A DNA stretch of 64,000 nucleotides from an uncultured Gammaproteobacteria bacterium. GTDB lineage: Bacteria; Patescibacteriota; Microgenomatia; UBA10105; UBA927. This document shows, in pieces, positions 19,896-29,559 of this stretch (its first letter is position 1; each line of letters opens with the position of its first letter). The position numbers and the translations under genes were made by a program. Under the pieces are notes generated by a model, which ran no database searches, had not been told where the DNA came from, and worked only from the letters and a program-made list of their open reading frames with translations. The stretch is from assembly GCA_964527425.1 (NCBI GenBank), contig CAZGOA010000006.1, forward strand, positions 13,928 through 77,927, read 5' to 3'.

Positions 19896-20828
19896 ATGAA
19901 ACGCAATGTCTATCAATTTATTGAAGTGGCCAGACCCTGGTTGTGGGTTAAGAATTTAGGACTTCTGTTACCAGTTTTTTTAGCGGGGAGATTATTTGAT
20001 CCTTCAATTTTGCCAGTAGTGTTATTAGGTATTCTTGCTTTTTGTTTATTGTCTTCTTCAAATTATATTTTGAATGACATCCTTGATGCTGCTAAAGATA
20101 AAACACATCCTATAAAGAGACATAGACCTATAGCTAGTAATAGTATTACGGTTGAACAGGCAATTGCATTAGCATCATTGTTTGGATTTTTAGGTTTACT
20201 GATTGCTTTTTTTATAAATCAGACATTTTTTGTGCTTGCAACTGTATTTGTACTTATACATCATTTATCCTATTTCTTTTTTCGTAAGATGTCTGTTATT
20301 GATGTACTCGCTATTGGGAGTGGGTATTTACTCCGAGTTATGGCGGGGGAACAAGCTGCAGGTATAACAATGTCTGTCTGGTTATTTCTTGCTGTATTAT
20401 CAGGTTCACTGTTGATGGCAATTGGAAAACGTAGACATGAATTTACGCAAGTACGGGAAATTTCCAAGGTTAATAAAGATTTTCATCAAGATGACTTTAT
20501 TTACTCAGAAAAGATATTAGATTCTTATGTGGCAGTTTTTGCAAGTTCGACATTTATTGCATATTCGTATTTTACGTTTTTGATTGGTCCAACAATGGAA
20601 GGAATTTTTTTTAAAGGATATGCTGATTACATATTTCAACTTATAGGAAGAAAATGGATGATGATTACTGTGCCTTTTGTGCTATATGCTATTATGAGAT
20701 ACTTGCAGATTGTTTATTCAGGAAAAGGATTACTTTCTAAGGTCATATCAAATGACTATCCATTATTTATAGCGGGTATACTTTGGACTCTATCAGTATT
20801 AATTGTTGTATATGGTATAGGAGGATAA
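19896..20828 (+). CDS. UbiA-family prenyltransferase resembling decaprenyl-phosphate 5-phosphoribosyltransferase (DPPR synthase)
   Basis: 310 aa with about 8-9 TM helices. The first Asp-rich motif NDILDAAKD is followed by the HP-x-KR-x-RP-x-A signature (KTHPIKRHRPIASN) that I associate with the DPPR-synthase clade. Confidence 0.6.
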   Translation: MKRNVYQFIEVARPWLWVKNLGLLLPVFLAGRLFDPSILPVVLLGILAFCLLSSSNYILNDILDAAKDKTHPIKRHRPIASNSITVEQAIALASLFGFLGLLIAFFINQTFFVLATVFVLIHHLSYFFFRKMSVIDVLAIGSGYLLRVMAGEQAAGITMSVWLFLAVLSGSLLMAIGKRRHEFTQVREISKVNKDFHQDDFIYSEKILDSYVAVFASSTFIAYSYFTFLIGPTMEGIFFKGYADYIFQLIGRKWMMITVPFVLYAIMRYLQIVYSGKGLLSKVISNDYPLFIAGILWTLSVLIVVYGIGG

Positions 20829-21388
20829 TGGCAAAAAAAATTATACAAGTCGGCATAGATTTTGACGGTGTGTTAGCGTATAACCCATTTCGTGTTGTAA
20901 GAGCTCCAATAACGTATGTAAAGCGAAATATCTTAGGTGAGAATAAAACACGTTTTTATGTGCCGAAGACTCCTTTAGAGCGCATTGTCTGGGCAGTACT
21001 TCATGAATCCAGTGTTTTTCCTGCTCAGGGGGTAGACTTATTAAGAACGTTAGTAAAAGAAAAAAAAATTGAGGCGCATCTGGTAACGGCACGCTATAGT
21101 TTCTTACAACCACAGCTTTATACCTGGATTAACAAACACAATATTGAAAACTTATTTTCTTCAATAACAATAAATGAGAAAGATCAACAGCCCCATATAT
21201 ATAAGTCTAATATCGTAAAAGTAAAAAAGTTTGATTACTTTATAGAAGACAATTTAGATATTGTTAATCATATGGCTAAACTTCATCCTACAAATGTGTT
21301 ATGGATATATAACGTCATTGATAGAGGGTATCCATATCCGTATAAATTTCCTTATTTGCAGAAAGCATTGGAGTATATCGCTTCATGA
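20828..21388 (+). CDS. HAD-superfamily hydrolase (putative phosphatase)
   Basis: HAD motif I is IGIDFDGVLA and motif IV is FIEDNLD. The ATG overlaps the UbiA stop (TAATG) after GGAGG. Confidence 0.6.
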   Translation: MAKKIIQVGIDFDGVLAYNPFRVVRAPITYVKRNILGENKTRFYVPKTPLERIVWAVLHESSVFPAQGVDLLRTLVKEKKIEAHLVTARYSFLQPQLYTWINKHNIENLFSSITINEKDQQPHIYKSNIVKVKKFDYFIEDNLDIVNHMAKLHPTNVLWIYNVIDRGYPYPYKFPYLQKALEYIAS

Positions 21389-22515
21389 ATATAGTTATTG
21401 CATTAACATATTATACTCCGCACTGGACAGGACTTACGGAACATGCAAGGAGATTAGCAAAGGGGTTACTATCTAAAGGACATACAGTTACGGTAGTTTG
21501 TACTCAACATAAAAAAGAGCTACCAGTGTTTGAGGTTATGGATGGTGTAAACGTCATAAGGACACCTATTGTTGGCCGATTATCAAGAAGCGTTGTTTCA
21601 TTCGCGTTTATACCAACAGTAGCGTATTATGCAAAAAAAGCTGATATTGTGCTACTGTATACTCCACTTGCAGAGATACTTCCATTATCTGTTGTATTGC
21701 GTTTTTTGCAATTAAACATAATCATTGTTCATAACGGCGACCTATTACTACCGAAGGGAATATTAAACAGAGTCATAGAGTCTTTTTTTACTCTTTCAAT
21801 GCGAATAAGTGGGATAATGGTTCAGGGAATTATTAGTTATTCAGATGACTATACTCATCACTCACGTTTTCTAAAACTTTTCAAAAGTAAAACAGTATCA
21901 ATTCTGCCTTTATTTCCGGCATTACAACATGCTCCTTCAAAAAACATAGATTATCCTGTAAAAGCTGGTCCTATTGTAGGGTTTGCCGGCAGGTTTGTTG
22001 AAGAAAAAGGTTTTGATGTATTGTTGGACGCAATCCCTATAGTTGCAAACACATACCCAGACGTTCTCTTTATGTTTGCAGGAGAAAAACATATTGAGTA
22101 CGAAGCCTTTTATGAAACCAATAGAAGTAAGATAGAGAATCTGAAAAACTATTTACTTTTACTTGGTTTGTTAAGTCAGGAAGAAATGCAATCATTTTAT
22201 AACGCTTTAGATGTATTCGTGCTGCCTTCCAGAAGTGATTGTTTGGCCTTTGTTCAGGTTGAAGCGTTGTTATCAGACGTGCCTGTTGTAGCTACAGATA
22301 TTCCAGGAGCGAGAATTGCTGTTCAAAAAACAGGAATGGGATTATTAGTACAAGCTGAACATGCTGCAGACTTAGCCCAGGGTATTATCAAGGTATATAA
22401 AAGTAGATATCCATCGAAGAAAGTAAAAAAATCGGCTCAAAAAGTATTTGACTATGCTAAAACATTAGATGAATATAACACCTATCTTATGACTATGGCA
22501 CGAAAGAACATATGA
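21385..22515 (+). CDS. Glycosyltransferase family 4 (GT-B, retaining)
   Basis: 376 aa. The GT4 C-terminal domain has the EX7E-type region (FVLPSRSDCLAFVQVEALLSDVPVVATDIPG). The ATGA overlap with the HAD gene is present. Confidence 0.8.
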   Translation: MNIVIALTYYTPHWTGLTEHARRLAKGLLSKGHTVTVVCTQHKKELPVFEVMDGVNVIRTPIVGRLSRSVVSFAFIPTVAYYAKKADIVLLYTPLAEILPLSVVLRFLQLNIIIVHNGDLLLPKGILNRVIESFFTLSMRISGIMVQGIISYSDDYTHHSRFLKLFKSKTVSILPLFPALQHAPSKNIDYPVKAGPIVGFAGRFVEEKGFDVLLDAIPIVANTYPDVLFMFAGEKHIEYEAFYETNRSKIENLKNYLLLLGLLSQEEMQSFYNALDVFVLPSRSDCLAFVQVEALLSDVPVVATDIPGARIAVQKTGMGLLVQAEHAADLAQGIIKVYKSRYPSKKVKKSAQKVFDYAKTLDEYNTYLMTMARKNI

Positions 22516-23360
22516 ATGTATATCGTAAAAGAAGTAATGCATTCTTATCCAAAGAACTTGATCCTGCTTTTGCTAGGAGGGCATCAATTATTGCACGTAA
22601 TTTAGAATTAATCAAAAACGGACATCTATTAGAAATAGGATGTGGAAGAGGGTATTATGAAGGGTTTTTGTCCTATGTTTATCCTTCTTTGCGCATTACA
22701 GCGATTGATCAAAACACTACATATCTTACTACTGCCAAACAATACACGCAATCTAAGCGGGTAACATTTGAAGTAGGTGATGCACTTCATTTGAAGTATA
22801 AACGGAACAGTTTTAATGGCATTCTTGCCAGTGAAGTACTAGAACATCTTTCTGATGATGCGAAAGCCTTGGAAGAAATGTATAGGGTTGTAAAGCCTGG
22901 TGGAATTGTAATGATTACAGTTCCCAATGCATCATATCCTTTATTGTGGGACCCTCTCAATTATGTGCTTGAACGATTTGCAGGTAGTCATATACCAAAA
23001 GATATTTGGTGGTTGGCTGGTATTTGGGCTGATCATGTTAGGCTTTATACAAAACAGCAATTAGTAACAGTTTGTCAACGTGCAGGGTTTACCATTGAAT
23101 CCATATATTTTTCTACGCATTACTGTATTCCTTTTTCTCATTTTCTTTTATATGGAATAGGAAAGAATATTGTAGAATCTGGATTATTGCCAGATTTTTA
23201 TCGATTTAATCAACTGGCAAAGCCTTCATCTTTTTTTAGATTGGTTAAATCTATGCTGTATCTTCGAGATCATTTAAATAACGATTCTCAGTCAGAATAC
23301 CAATCTACTGTAAATATTATTTTGAAATTACGAAAAGCTTATTGGTTTAATAGGACGTAG
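22512..23360 (+). CDS. Class I SAM-dependent methyltransferase
   Basis: 282 aa. Motif I is LLEIGCGRGYY, the acidic motif II is ITAIDQN, and VVKPGGIVMITVPN follows. The ATGA overlap with the GT4 gene is present. Confidence 0.8.
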   Translation: MNVYRKRSNAFLSKELDPAFARRASIIARNLELIKNGHLLEIGCGRGYYEGFLSYVYPSLRITAIDQNTTYLTTAKQYTQSKRVTFEVGDALHLKYKRNSFNGILASEVLEHLSDDAKALEEMYRVVKPGGIVMITVPNASYPLLWDPLNYVLERFAGSHIPKDIWWLAGIWADHVRLYTKQQLVTVCQRAGFTIESIYFSTHYCIPFSHFLLYGIGKNIVESGLLPDFYRFNQLAKPSSFFRLVKSMLYLRDHLNNDSQSEYQSTVNIILKLRKAYWFNRT

Positions 23361-25267
23361 GGAGGGTTGTATTCTGGAGTCTTTTTAAAAATAGTAACTT
23401 TTGGATGATCGTACACTGTAAAACTTTCTTCTGCATAATCATCAATAATTACGATTCCTTTTGAGCAGTGGTTATCTAGTATTTCTTTAAACGCAGAATT
23501 ATCAGGGGTTATGTGTTTGTGAAGTAAAGTATCAACGCTACCATAAGAAAAAAACGGAACAGATATACAACCAGTAATAAAAGGTAAGTGTATTGTTGGA
23601 CGAGAGACAAATTGCGCTACAGGTTCAAATCCCAATTGATTAGAAAAAAGTAAATAATAAAAAACTGCTGTTTGCGGAAATTTATTAGTTGCTGATGTAA
23701 TTGATCCATACACTCTGTTACTCGAGATGATAAGATACTCTATCCTATTGAGCTTTTGTATGATTGTTTCCCATTTCTGAGAATCTTCTGGCGCAAAAAG
23801 TTCCAGTTCTTCTGTTTGATATTGCGCGTTGGCGCCAACATGTTCTAGATTTAGTGGAAGTCCATCATCCCAGTGTTCACTACTTAAGACTGAATTGTTG
23901 GGTATAGTATTGTATATCCACGTAGATGCCTGTACACGAGTATGCGGTTGAGTATATATTGACATATACGCAATCGGCCAACTACTAGCACTTAGTAGCA
24001 AAAATCCCATGATAATGTTTATGATTTTTTTAGGTTTAGTAGATAATAGATGTCCAATAGCAATACCACATAAAATAGAAAGAGAAGGTAGTATAGGCCA
24101 GAAGTATCGTAACGGCATGACATATTGAATACTTTGATACGCAAAAAAAGTGAATACTGCACTAAACGGTATTAGTAGAATGACTGGTGGATAGAGTTCT
24201 TGTATAGTATGTGTTTTTAACAGGTGTACTGTAACATTGTGTGATTTATACCTGAAGTGTTTTATATGCTGTGCTATTTTTTTAATAGCAAGAAGTAAAG
24301 AAATACCACTAATAATTGTTATCGGAATGCCTACTCCCCAAAATACTAATTGAAAAAGAGGAAAGATAATGGAAGTAGTATTAATCCATTGTACTCCAGG
24401 GGGAAACCAGGCATCGGGGGTATTAAAACTTTGTAATTCTTTTAAGTTATTAAGTACTTTTGGATTAATCTTATATAAAGATTCAGCAGTAAATAAATAT
24501 GGGTGGAAAAATCTAAAAAGACAAAAAAAGAAAAAACAAAAAAATAATATAAAATTAAATAATTGAATACTTTTATTTGTGTTATTTCCAAAAGAAATAT
24601 GAAAGAATAAATATAATATGAGAGTTGATCCTATAGGTGCAGCAGATATTTTTGCTGCTAAGGCTAGGGCTAAACAACAACCTGCTAGTATTCCAGTTTT
24701 CCAAGATGGATTAAACGTTAAAAAATAGAGTAATGCAGTTATGCTTACGATCACGTAAGGATCAACAGTTGCAAAATGAGCCAATTGTATTGGAAGAACG
24801 AGTATTGAATATATAAACATGGCAAATAAACCGGAGAGAATAGGGAATAGGTTGTTATGATAAGAAATACGATTAACTATACGTTTAGTTGTAAAGAATA
24901 CTAATAGAACAGTTAGGGTGTCTATACTTGCACTGAGAAACCTTCCAATTTCATGAATGTTTCCATACACTTGTCTATCCGTTAGTTGTGCAAATGCTTT
25001 AATTACAAGTAGAGGCCATGTTCCATAAACAAAAAAATTAAATCCAATAGTATGAGGGTTAAGTGGAGAAGAATTGGTATCAAGATATTCTTGTAGAGAA
25101 GAAGGCCATTTCATTGAAGTAATAACCATTGTAAGAAAACGTTCATCTGGATGAAGATAATTCCCCTGGTCCCAATTTAATCCGGTGAAACGGAAAGTTA
25201 TTGCAATTATAAGAATTACAATAAACGTAAATTTAGCTAAATGATGATGTATTTTGTTTACTTGCAT
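23339..25267 (-). CDS. GT-C-fold polytopic membrane glycosyltransferase candidate (PMT_2/ArnT-like)
   Basis: 642 aa with more than 12 TM helices. TM1 is followed by FRFTGLNWDQGNYLHPDERF, a DE motif in the first extracytoplasmic loop as in PMT/ArnT enzymes. Confidence 0.55.
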   Translation of the reverse strand: MQVNKIHHHLAKFTFIVILIIAITFRFTGLNWDQGNYLHPDERFLTMVITSMKWPSSLQEYLDTNSSPLNPHTIGFNFFVYGTWPLLVIKAFAQLTDRQVYGNIHEIGRFLSASIDTLTVLLVFFTTKRIVNRISYHNNLFPILSGLFAMFIYSILVLPIQLAHFATVDPYVIVSITALLYFLTFNPSWKTGILAGCCLALALAAKISAAPIGSTLILYLFFHISFGNNTNKSIQLFNFILFFCFFFFCLFRFFHPYLFTAESLYKINPKVLNNLKELQSFNTPDAWFPPGVQWINTTSIIFPLFQLVFWGVGIPITIISGISLLLAIKKIAQHIKHFRYKSHNVTVHLLKTHTIQELYPPVILLIPFSAVFTFFAYQSIQYVMPLRYFWPILPSLSILCGIAIGHLLSTKPKKIINIIMGFLLLSASSWPIAYMSIYTQPHTRVQASTWIYNTIPNNSVLSSEHWDDGLPLNLEHVGANAQYQTEELELFAPEDSQKWETIIQKLNRIEYLIISSNRVYGSITSATNKFPQTAVFYYLLFSNQLGFEPVAQFVSRPTIHLPFITGCISVPFFSYGSVDTLLHKHITPDNSAFKEILDNHCSKGIVIIDDYAEESFTVYDHPKVTIFKKTPEYNPPYVLLNQ

Positions 25268-26994
25268 AGAGAACTAACAGAATAGATTGTAATACCTGAT
25301 TCTGAGTTAGAATACATCTGACTGAATTGGTTTTTCCATAATGGGCTTATTGGTTTTAGAAATTCTTCTGGAGAATTATTCACTTCTACATACGATATGT
25401 GCTCCTGATTAAGTAATTGGCATACTTCTATCTTATCTTCTGATTGAAAAATTTCTTTCACAAGTGATTCTCTCTTATATGTGTCATAACCCGCTGACCA
25501 GGTAAAAAATGCATATCCATTATATATTTTTCTGCCCGCAGTAGAGGCAGGGTGATAAAACCAAGTGCTATTTAAGATGATTGCATCTTTAGGAATTGTA
25601 TCTCGTATAAAAGTAGCGTCTTTGTTTTTGGGAATATCAGTTAATGAGATTGTGTAATCATTTTTTATGGCAAAAAAGTCAATGAGCCCCGAGAGCGTTA
25701 GAATGATAAATAAAAGCGGTATTGTTACAAGGAATAATCGTAATGTTTTCTGTTTTGTGAACCATTCGGTTGCCAACACTAGGGCATATGACGAGTAAAG
25801 TGAGATGCATATTGTAAATAAGTTAATAAATTTATGATTATTGATCATATCTGTAGAAAATCTATATATATTAGGGAGTAAAAAAATAACAAGAACAGGC
25901 AGTGCTAGCCATCGTATACGTTTCGGAGCAAGAATCATGCCTATTGGGAATAGTAAGATATGAAGACCCAGATTATGCATCCAGAATTCAAGGAATGTTT
26001 TTATAGCAAGAGGTTTTTCTGACAAATAACCCGGTTCAAATACGGGGGTTCCACCTGTTTGAGCAATGGTATAAAAAAGTACTATCCATGGTATGGAAAT
26101 GAAAAATCCTATGATTAAAGATACTCTACTAGGTGGATGAAAGAGAAAAAATCCAATTGCAAAAATAACGGCTGGAACTAATGCTGCTTGATTTAAAAAT
26201 AGTAGGAGAGAGAATAACAATCCTATACATACAGAAACAGGTATTAATGAAGTGACAACCGGAAAGATTTTTTCAATATAGTTTGACGTGTGTTTTTTTC
26301 GCTGCAATGATAATAGAAGAATAATAATTGCCATCACCAAGGCGAATGATGCTGCTAAATGGCGTTGATTAGTATAGACATTTAAATTAGTAAATGCAGT
26401 TACGAGACTATGATCCCAAGGTCCAAAAGACGGAAAATCTTTAACTGAAGGAATATTTTTTATTGCCCCCAAAATAGTGTCATGCTTATTGAAATAGTTA
26501 ATAAAAGAAAGTGATCCATTAAAGAAAAAAAATACTATCGTTAATACACCTACACTTCTTCGCTGGAACAAAAGAACGGCAAGTTTATAGAGTAAAACGA
26601 GTAAAAGAAATAATCCAAGTGCGCTTGGGATATTTAATGCGTAATCAATGCGAACTCCAATTTTTTCTAATAAACCCACAATACTATAAAAAAGAAAATG
26701 ATATTTTATTTTTTCTCCAGGGAAGAGGGGATATTCTGGTGGCCAGTTTGATCCCAGAGAAAACGAACGTATCAAAGGAATATGTGCACCAAAGTCACTC
26801 CATACTTTGGAACCTAATACCATTTCATTTTCGCTTACGTTGTATCTAAGTGTGTGAAACATTAACCATAAACAACAAACAAATAGTAACGAGAAAAAGC
26901 CAAGTTCAAGTATCGTTAATAACCGATGATTACTAAAATGAAGACGCATGTGATGTATTGTATCTGTAGATTCGGTTGTAAAACTACTCCACAA
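25258..26994 (-). CDS. Large polytopic membrane protein (GT-C-like candidate)
   Basis: 578 aa with more than 12 TM helices. The first loop contains NWPPEYPLFPGEKIKYHFLFY. The gene overlaps the previous one by 10 nt. Confidence 0.4.
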   Translation of the reverse strand: MWSSFTTESTDTIHHMRLHFSNHRLLTILELGFFSLLFVCCLWLMFHTLRYNVSENEMVLGSKVWSDFGAHIPLIRSFSLGSNWPPEYPLFPGEKIKYHFLFYSIVGLLEKIGVRIDYALNIPSALGLFLLLVLLYKLAVLLFQRRSVGVLTIVFFFFNGSLSFINYFNKHDTILGAIKNIPSVKDFPSFGPWDHSLVTAFTNLNVYTNQRHLAASFALVMAIIILLLSLQRKKHTSNYIEKIFPVVTSLIPVSVCIGLLFSLLLFLNQAALVPAVIFAIGFFLFHPPSRVSLIIGFFISIPWIVLFYTIAQTGGTPVFEPGYLSEKPLAIKTFLEFWMHNLGLHILLFPIGMILAPKRIRWLALPVLVIFLLPNIYRFSTDMINNHKFINLFTICISLYSSYALVLATEWFTKQKTLRLFLVTIPLLFIILTLSGLIDFFAIKNDYTISLTDIPKNKDATFIRDTIPKDAIILNSTWFYHPASTAGRKIYNGYAFFTWSAGYDTYKRESLVKEIFQSEDKIEVCQLLNQEHISYVEVNNSPEEFLKPISPLWKNQFSQMYSNSESGITIYSVSSLCK

Positions 26995-27063
26995 TTATAG
27001 CTATAATAAGTAAATTATATCTTATTGTCTCTCTAAATATGGAACAGTAAGGTAGTAAAGTGT

Positions 27064-29445
27064 ATGTTTAATCAAGTATTCATTCATGACCTCCCGTTTA
27101 TTGTTACCTGGTGGGCAGTACTTTTTTTGATTGGAACAGCTGCTTTTCCTTTAACTCGACGGTTATTCTCTTCCTGGTGGGATCAGGGATATATCTTAAG
27201 CAAGTCTGTGGGATTAGCAGGAGTTTCCTGGATTGTTTGGCAGCTCGGGAGTTATAAAATTGTTCCTTTTTCACTGATTTCGATACTATTTTCGATAATT
27301 TTATTATTTTGTATAGGAATACTCATCACTATTTCGCTGAAAAAGCCCATGAATATTCAATGGAATAAGATTTTTTTCTTGGAGTTACTATTTTTTTGTG
27401 CGTTTATTTCCTGGTCTTTTGTAAAAGGTCACGAAGCAGATATCCGTAGTCTTGAAAAATTTATGGATTATGGATTTTCTAGAACAATTCAACAATCCGA
27501 TTATTTTCCACCTCCTGATATGTGGTATGCAGGCGGAACAATTAATTACTATTACTTTGGTCACTTAACCCAGGCGGTATTATCAACACTATCAGGAATT
27601 CATTTAAGCTATGGCTATAACTTAATGTTGGCTACACTTTTTGCATTCTGTTTTTCTATGAGTTTTGGAATTGGTGTACAGCTTTACCTAACGTATATAC
27701 AGAATGCTAAGAAACAATTTTCGAAAAAACATTTATTTTTTGCTTTATGTACAGGAATCCTTGCGGCATATCTGGTTAGCTTATCTGGAAACATGCAAAC
27801 AATATATGCATTTACTCAAGGGTATACAGGGGATAATCCACCACCGTTCTGGACTGTTTTTTGGAAACCAGACGAGTTTTTATCAAATGTATCTCAAGGG
27901 TTAAATACCTACTGGTATGCTAACGCGACTCGATTTATTCCTTTTACCATACATGAATTTCCAAGTTATTCTTTTGTAGTATCTGATAATCATGGGCATG
28001 TTTTTAATATACCATTTACTTTATTAGCCTTAGCATCGCTTTTTACCATATTTGTGATACGGCAACAGCAGCGTGATCGTGCATACAATATAGATATTCG
28101 AAGTGTATTTAAACCGGATACATTCAAGAATTCTATTGGATTGGTATTAAAAGATTTACTTCCTTTTATATTATTTGGGTTATTATGTGGTGTTCTGCTT
28201 ATGACAAATGCTCTTGATGGTCCTATTTATTTGGGTATTTTTTTCGTTTTACTCCTGTTTCAATACTCTCGGTATGAAGTGTTAAGCCTTTATTGGTTAG
28301 TCGAGAAGGGTATTACATTCTTGGCTGTGATAGGAGGATTTATTATTTCGGCATTTCCTTTCTTAATTAATTTTACCTCTTTTGCTTCTGGATTAGCGTT
28401 AAATTGTCCTCCTGCATTGTTAGCTAATAGTCAGATTGGTCCATTTCTTTTTGAAACAGTAGATAAATGTCAAAAATCTCCATTATGGATGATGTGGCTA
28501 TTATGGGGATTTTTCTGGTTTATGGGGATAGTGTTATTACTGCGGCAAGTAAGATTTATTCGATTAAGATTTATTCCCTTGTCTATAAAAACTACGAAGA
28601 CAGAATCATTTCTTACTTTGCTCTTCTTCTTATCGTTAGGGTTAATATTTTTTGCAGAATTCTTTTATTTTAAAGATATTTATCCTGCTCATTTCAGGAG
28701 TAATACAATGTTTAAGCTGGGTTATCAAGCATTTATTATCTGCTCTATACTTGCAGCGTTTGTGACCATTCAGGTATTTGTACAACAGACTCAAACAAGA
28801 CTACAGAAATTTATTAAATTAGTTTGTATAGTACTCATTGTTCCTCAACTACTGCTTGTAAGTGTGTATCCTTTATTTTCTGTTAAATCATATTTTGGAA
28901 ATTTAGAACAATATAAAGGGTTAAATGGTTTGGGGTGGTTTTCTAGAGATTTTCCTGATGACTATAAGGCAATGAGATGGTTGGAAGATCATGTTGATCC
29001 TAAAAACGATCAATCATCACATCAATGGCTTCGTGAGCTAGCAGTTGCAGATATGCATGTGCATGATAATTTTTTTACGTCTCATATATCTCATATACCA
29101 ACAATATTGGAAGCTGATGGAGATAGTTATACCGATTATAATAGAATGTCTGTTTTTACCGGATTGCCAACTATTATTGGATGGGGGGTTCATGAATGGC
29201 TCTGGAGAGGAAGTTATGATATTGTGGCACCTCGTAAAGAAGAAGTGAGAGAATTGTATGAAACCGGTAGTATTACCAGAATGAAAGAACTTATTGAAAA
29301 GTATAATATTCAGTATGTTGTTGTTGGTGCGTTAGAGCGTCAAAAATTTGTCGCTATGCCTGAATATAGATTTTTGTCTGTAGGAAAATTGGTCTATCAA
29401 TCTGGTTTAACGGAAATATATGCCCTTGACAAAATGAGAGAGTAG
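27064..29445 (+). CDS. DUF2298/Chlor_Arch_YYY-family integral membrane protein
   Basis: 793 aa and highly hydrophobic. The diagnostic YYYxG motif is present as GGTINYYYFGH. The C-terminal soluble domain is about 150 aa. Confidence 0.6.
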   Translation: MFNQVFIHDLPFIVTWWAVLFLIGTAAFPLTRRLFSSWWDQGYILSKSVGLAGVSWIVWQLGSYKIVPFSLISILFSIILLFCIGILITISLKKPMNIQWNKIFFLELLFFCAFISWSFVKGHEADIRSLEKFMDYGFSRTIQQSDYFPPPDMWYAGGTINYYYFGHLTQAVLSTLSGIHLSYGYNLMLATLFAFCFSMSFGIGVQLYLTYIQNAKKQFSKKHLFFALCTGILAAYLVSLSGNMQTIYAFTQGYTGDNPPPFWTVFWKPDEFLSNVSQGLNTYWYANATRFIPFTIHEFPSYSFVVSDNHGHVFNIPFTLLALASLFTIFVIRQQQRDRAYNIDIRSVFKPDTFKNSIGLVLKDLLPFILFGLLCGVLLMTNALDGPIYLGIFFVLLLFQYSRYEVLSLYWLVEKGITFLAVIGGFIISAFPFLINFTSFASGLALNCPPALLANSQIGPFLFETVDKCQKSPLWMMWLLWGFFWFMGIVLLLRQVRFIRLRFIPLSIKTTKTESFLTLLFFLSLGLIFFAEFFYFKDIYPAHFRSNTMFKLGYQAFIICSILAAFVTIQVFVQQTQTRLQKFIKLVCIVLIVPQLLLVSVYPLFSVKSYFGNLEQYKGLNGLGWFSRDFPDDYKAMRWLEDHVDPKNDQSSHQWLRELAVADMHVHDNFFTSHISHIPTILEADGDSYTDYNRMSVFTGLPTIIGWGVHEWLWRGSYDIVAPRKEEVRELYETGSITRMKELIEKYNIQYVVVGALERQKFVAMPEYRFLSVGKLVYQSGLTEIYALDKMRE

Positions 29446-29559
29446 TGTTGTAATAGGGAAAACTCCGAACGCTGATTGTATACTTTCACGTTCTTACTCT
29501 CAAACATTATAATAAATAGCCCAACATGAAGATATATAACCAACACCGCCCGCTTTTTT

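Noticed and set aside
24480-24570. A/T homopolymer-rich tract that looked like a simple-sequence repeat or phase-variation site
   Set aside because: It is the complement of a Phe-rich TM segment (FFCFFFFCLFRFF) within gene 23339-25267. The runs are no longer than 8 nt and sit in frame, so there is no evidence of slippage.
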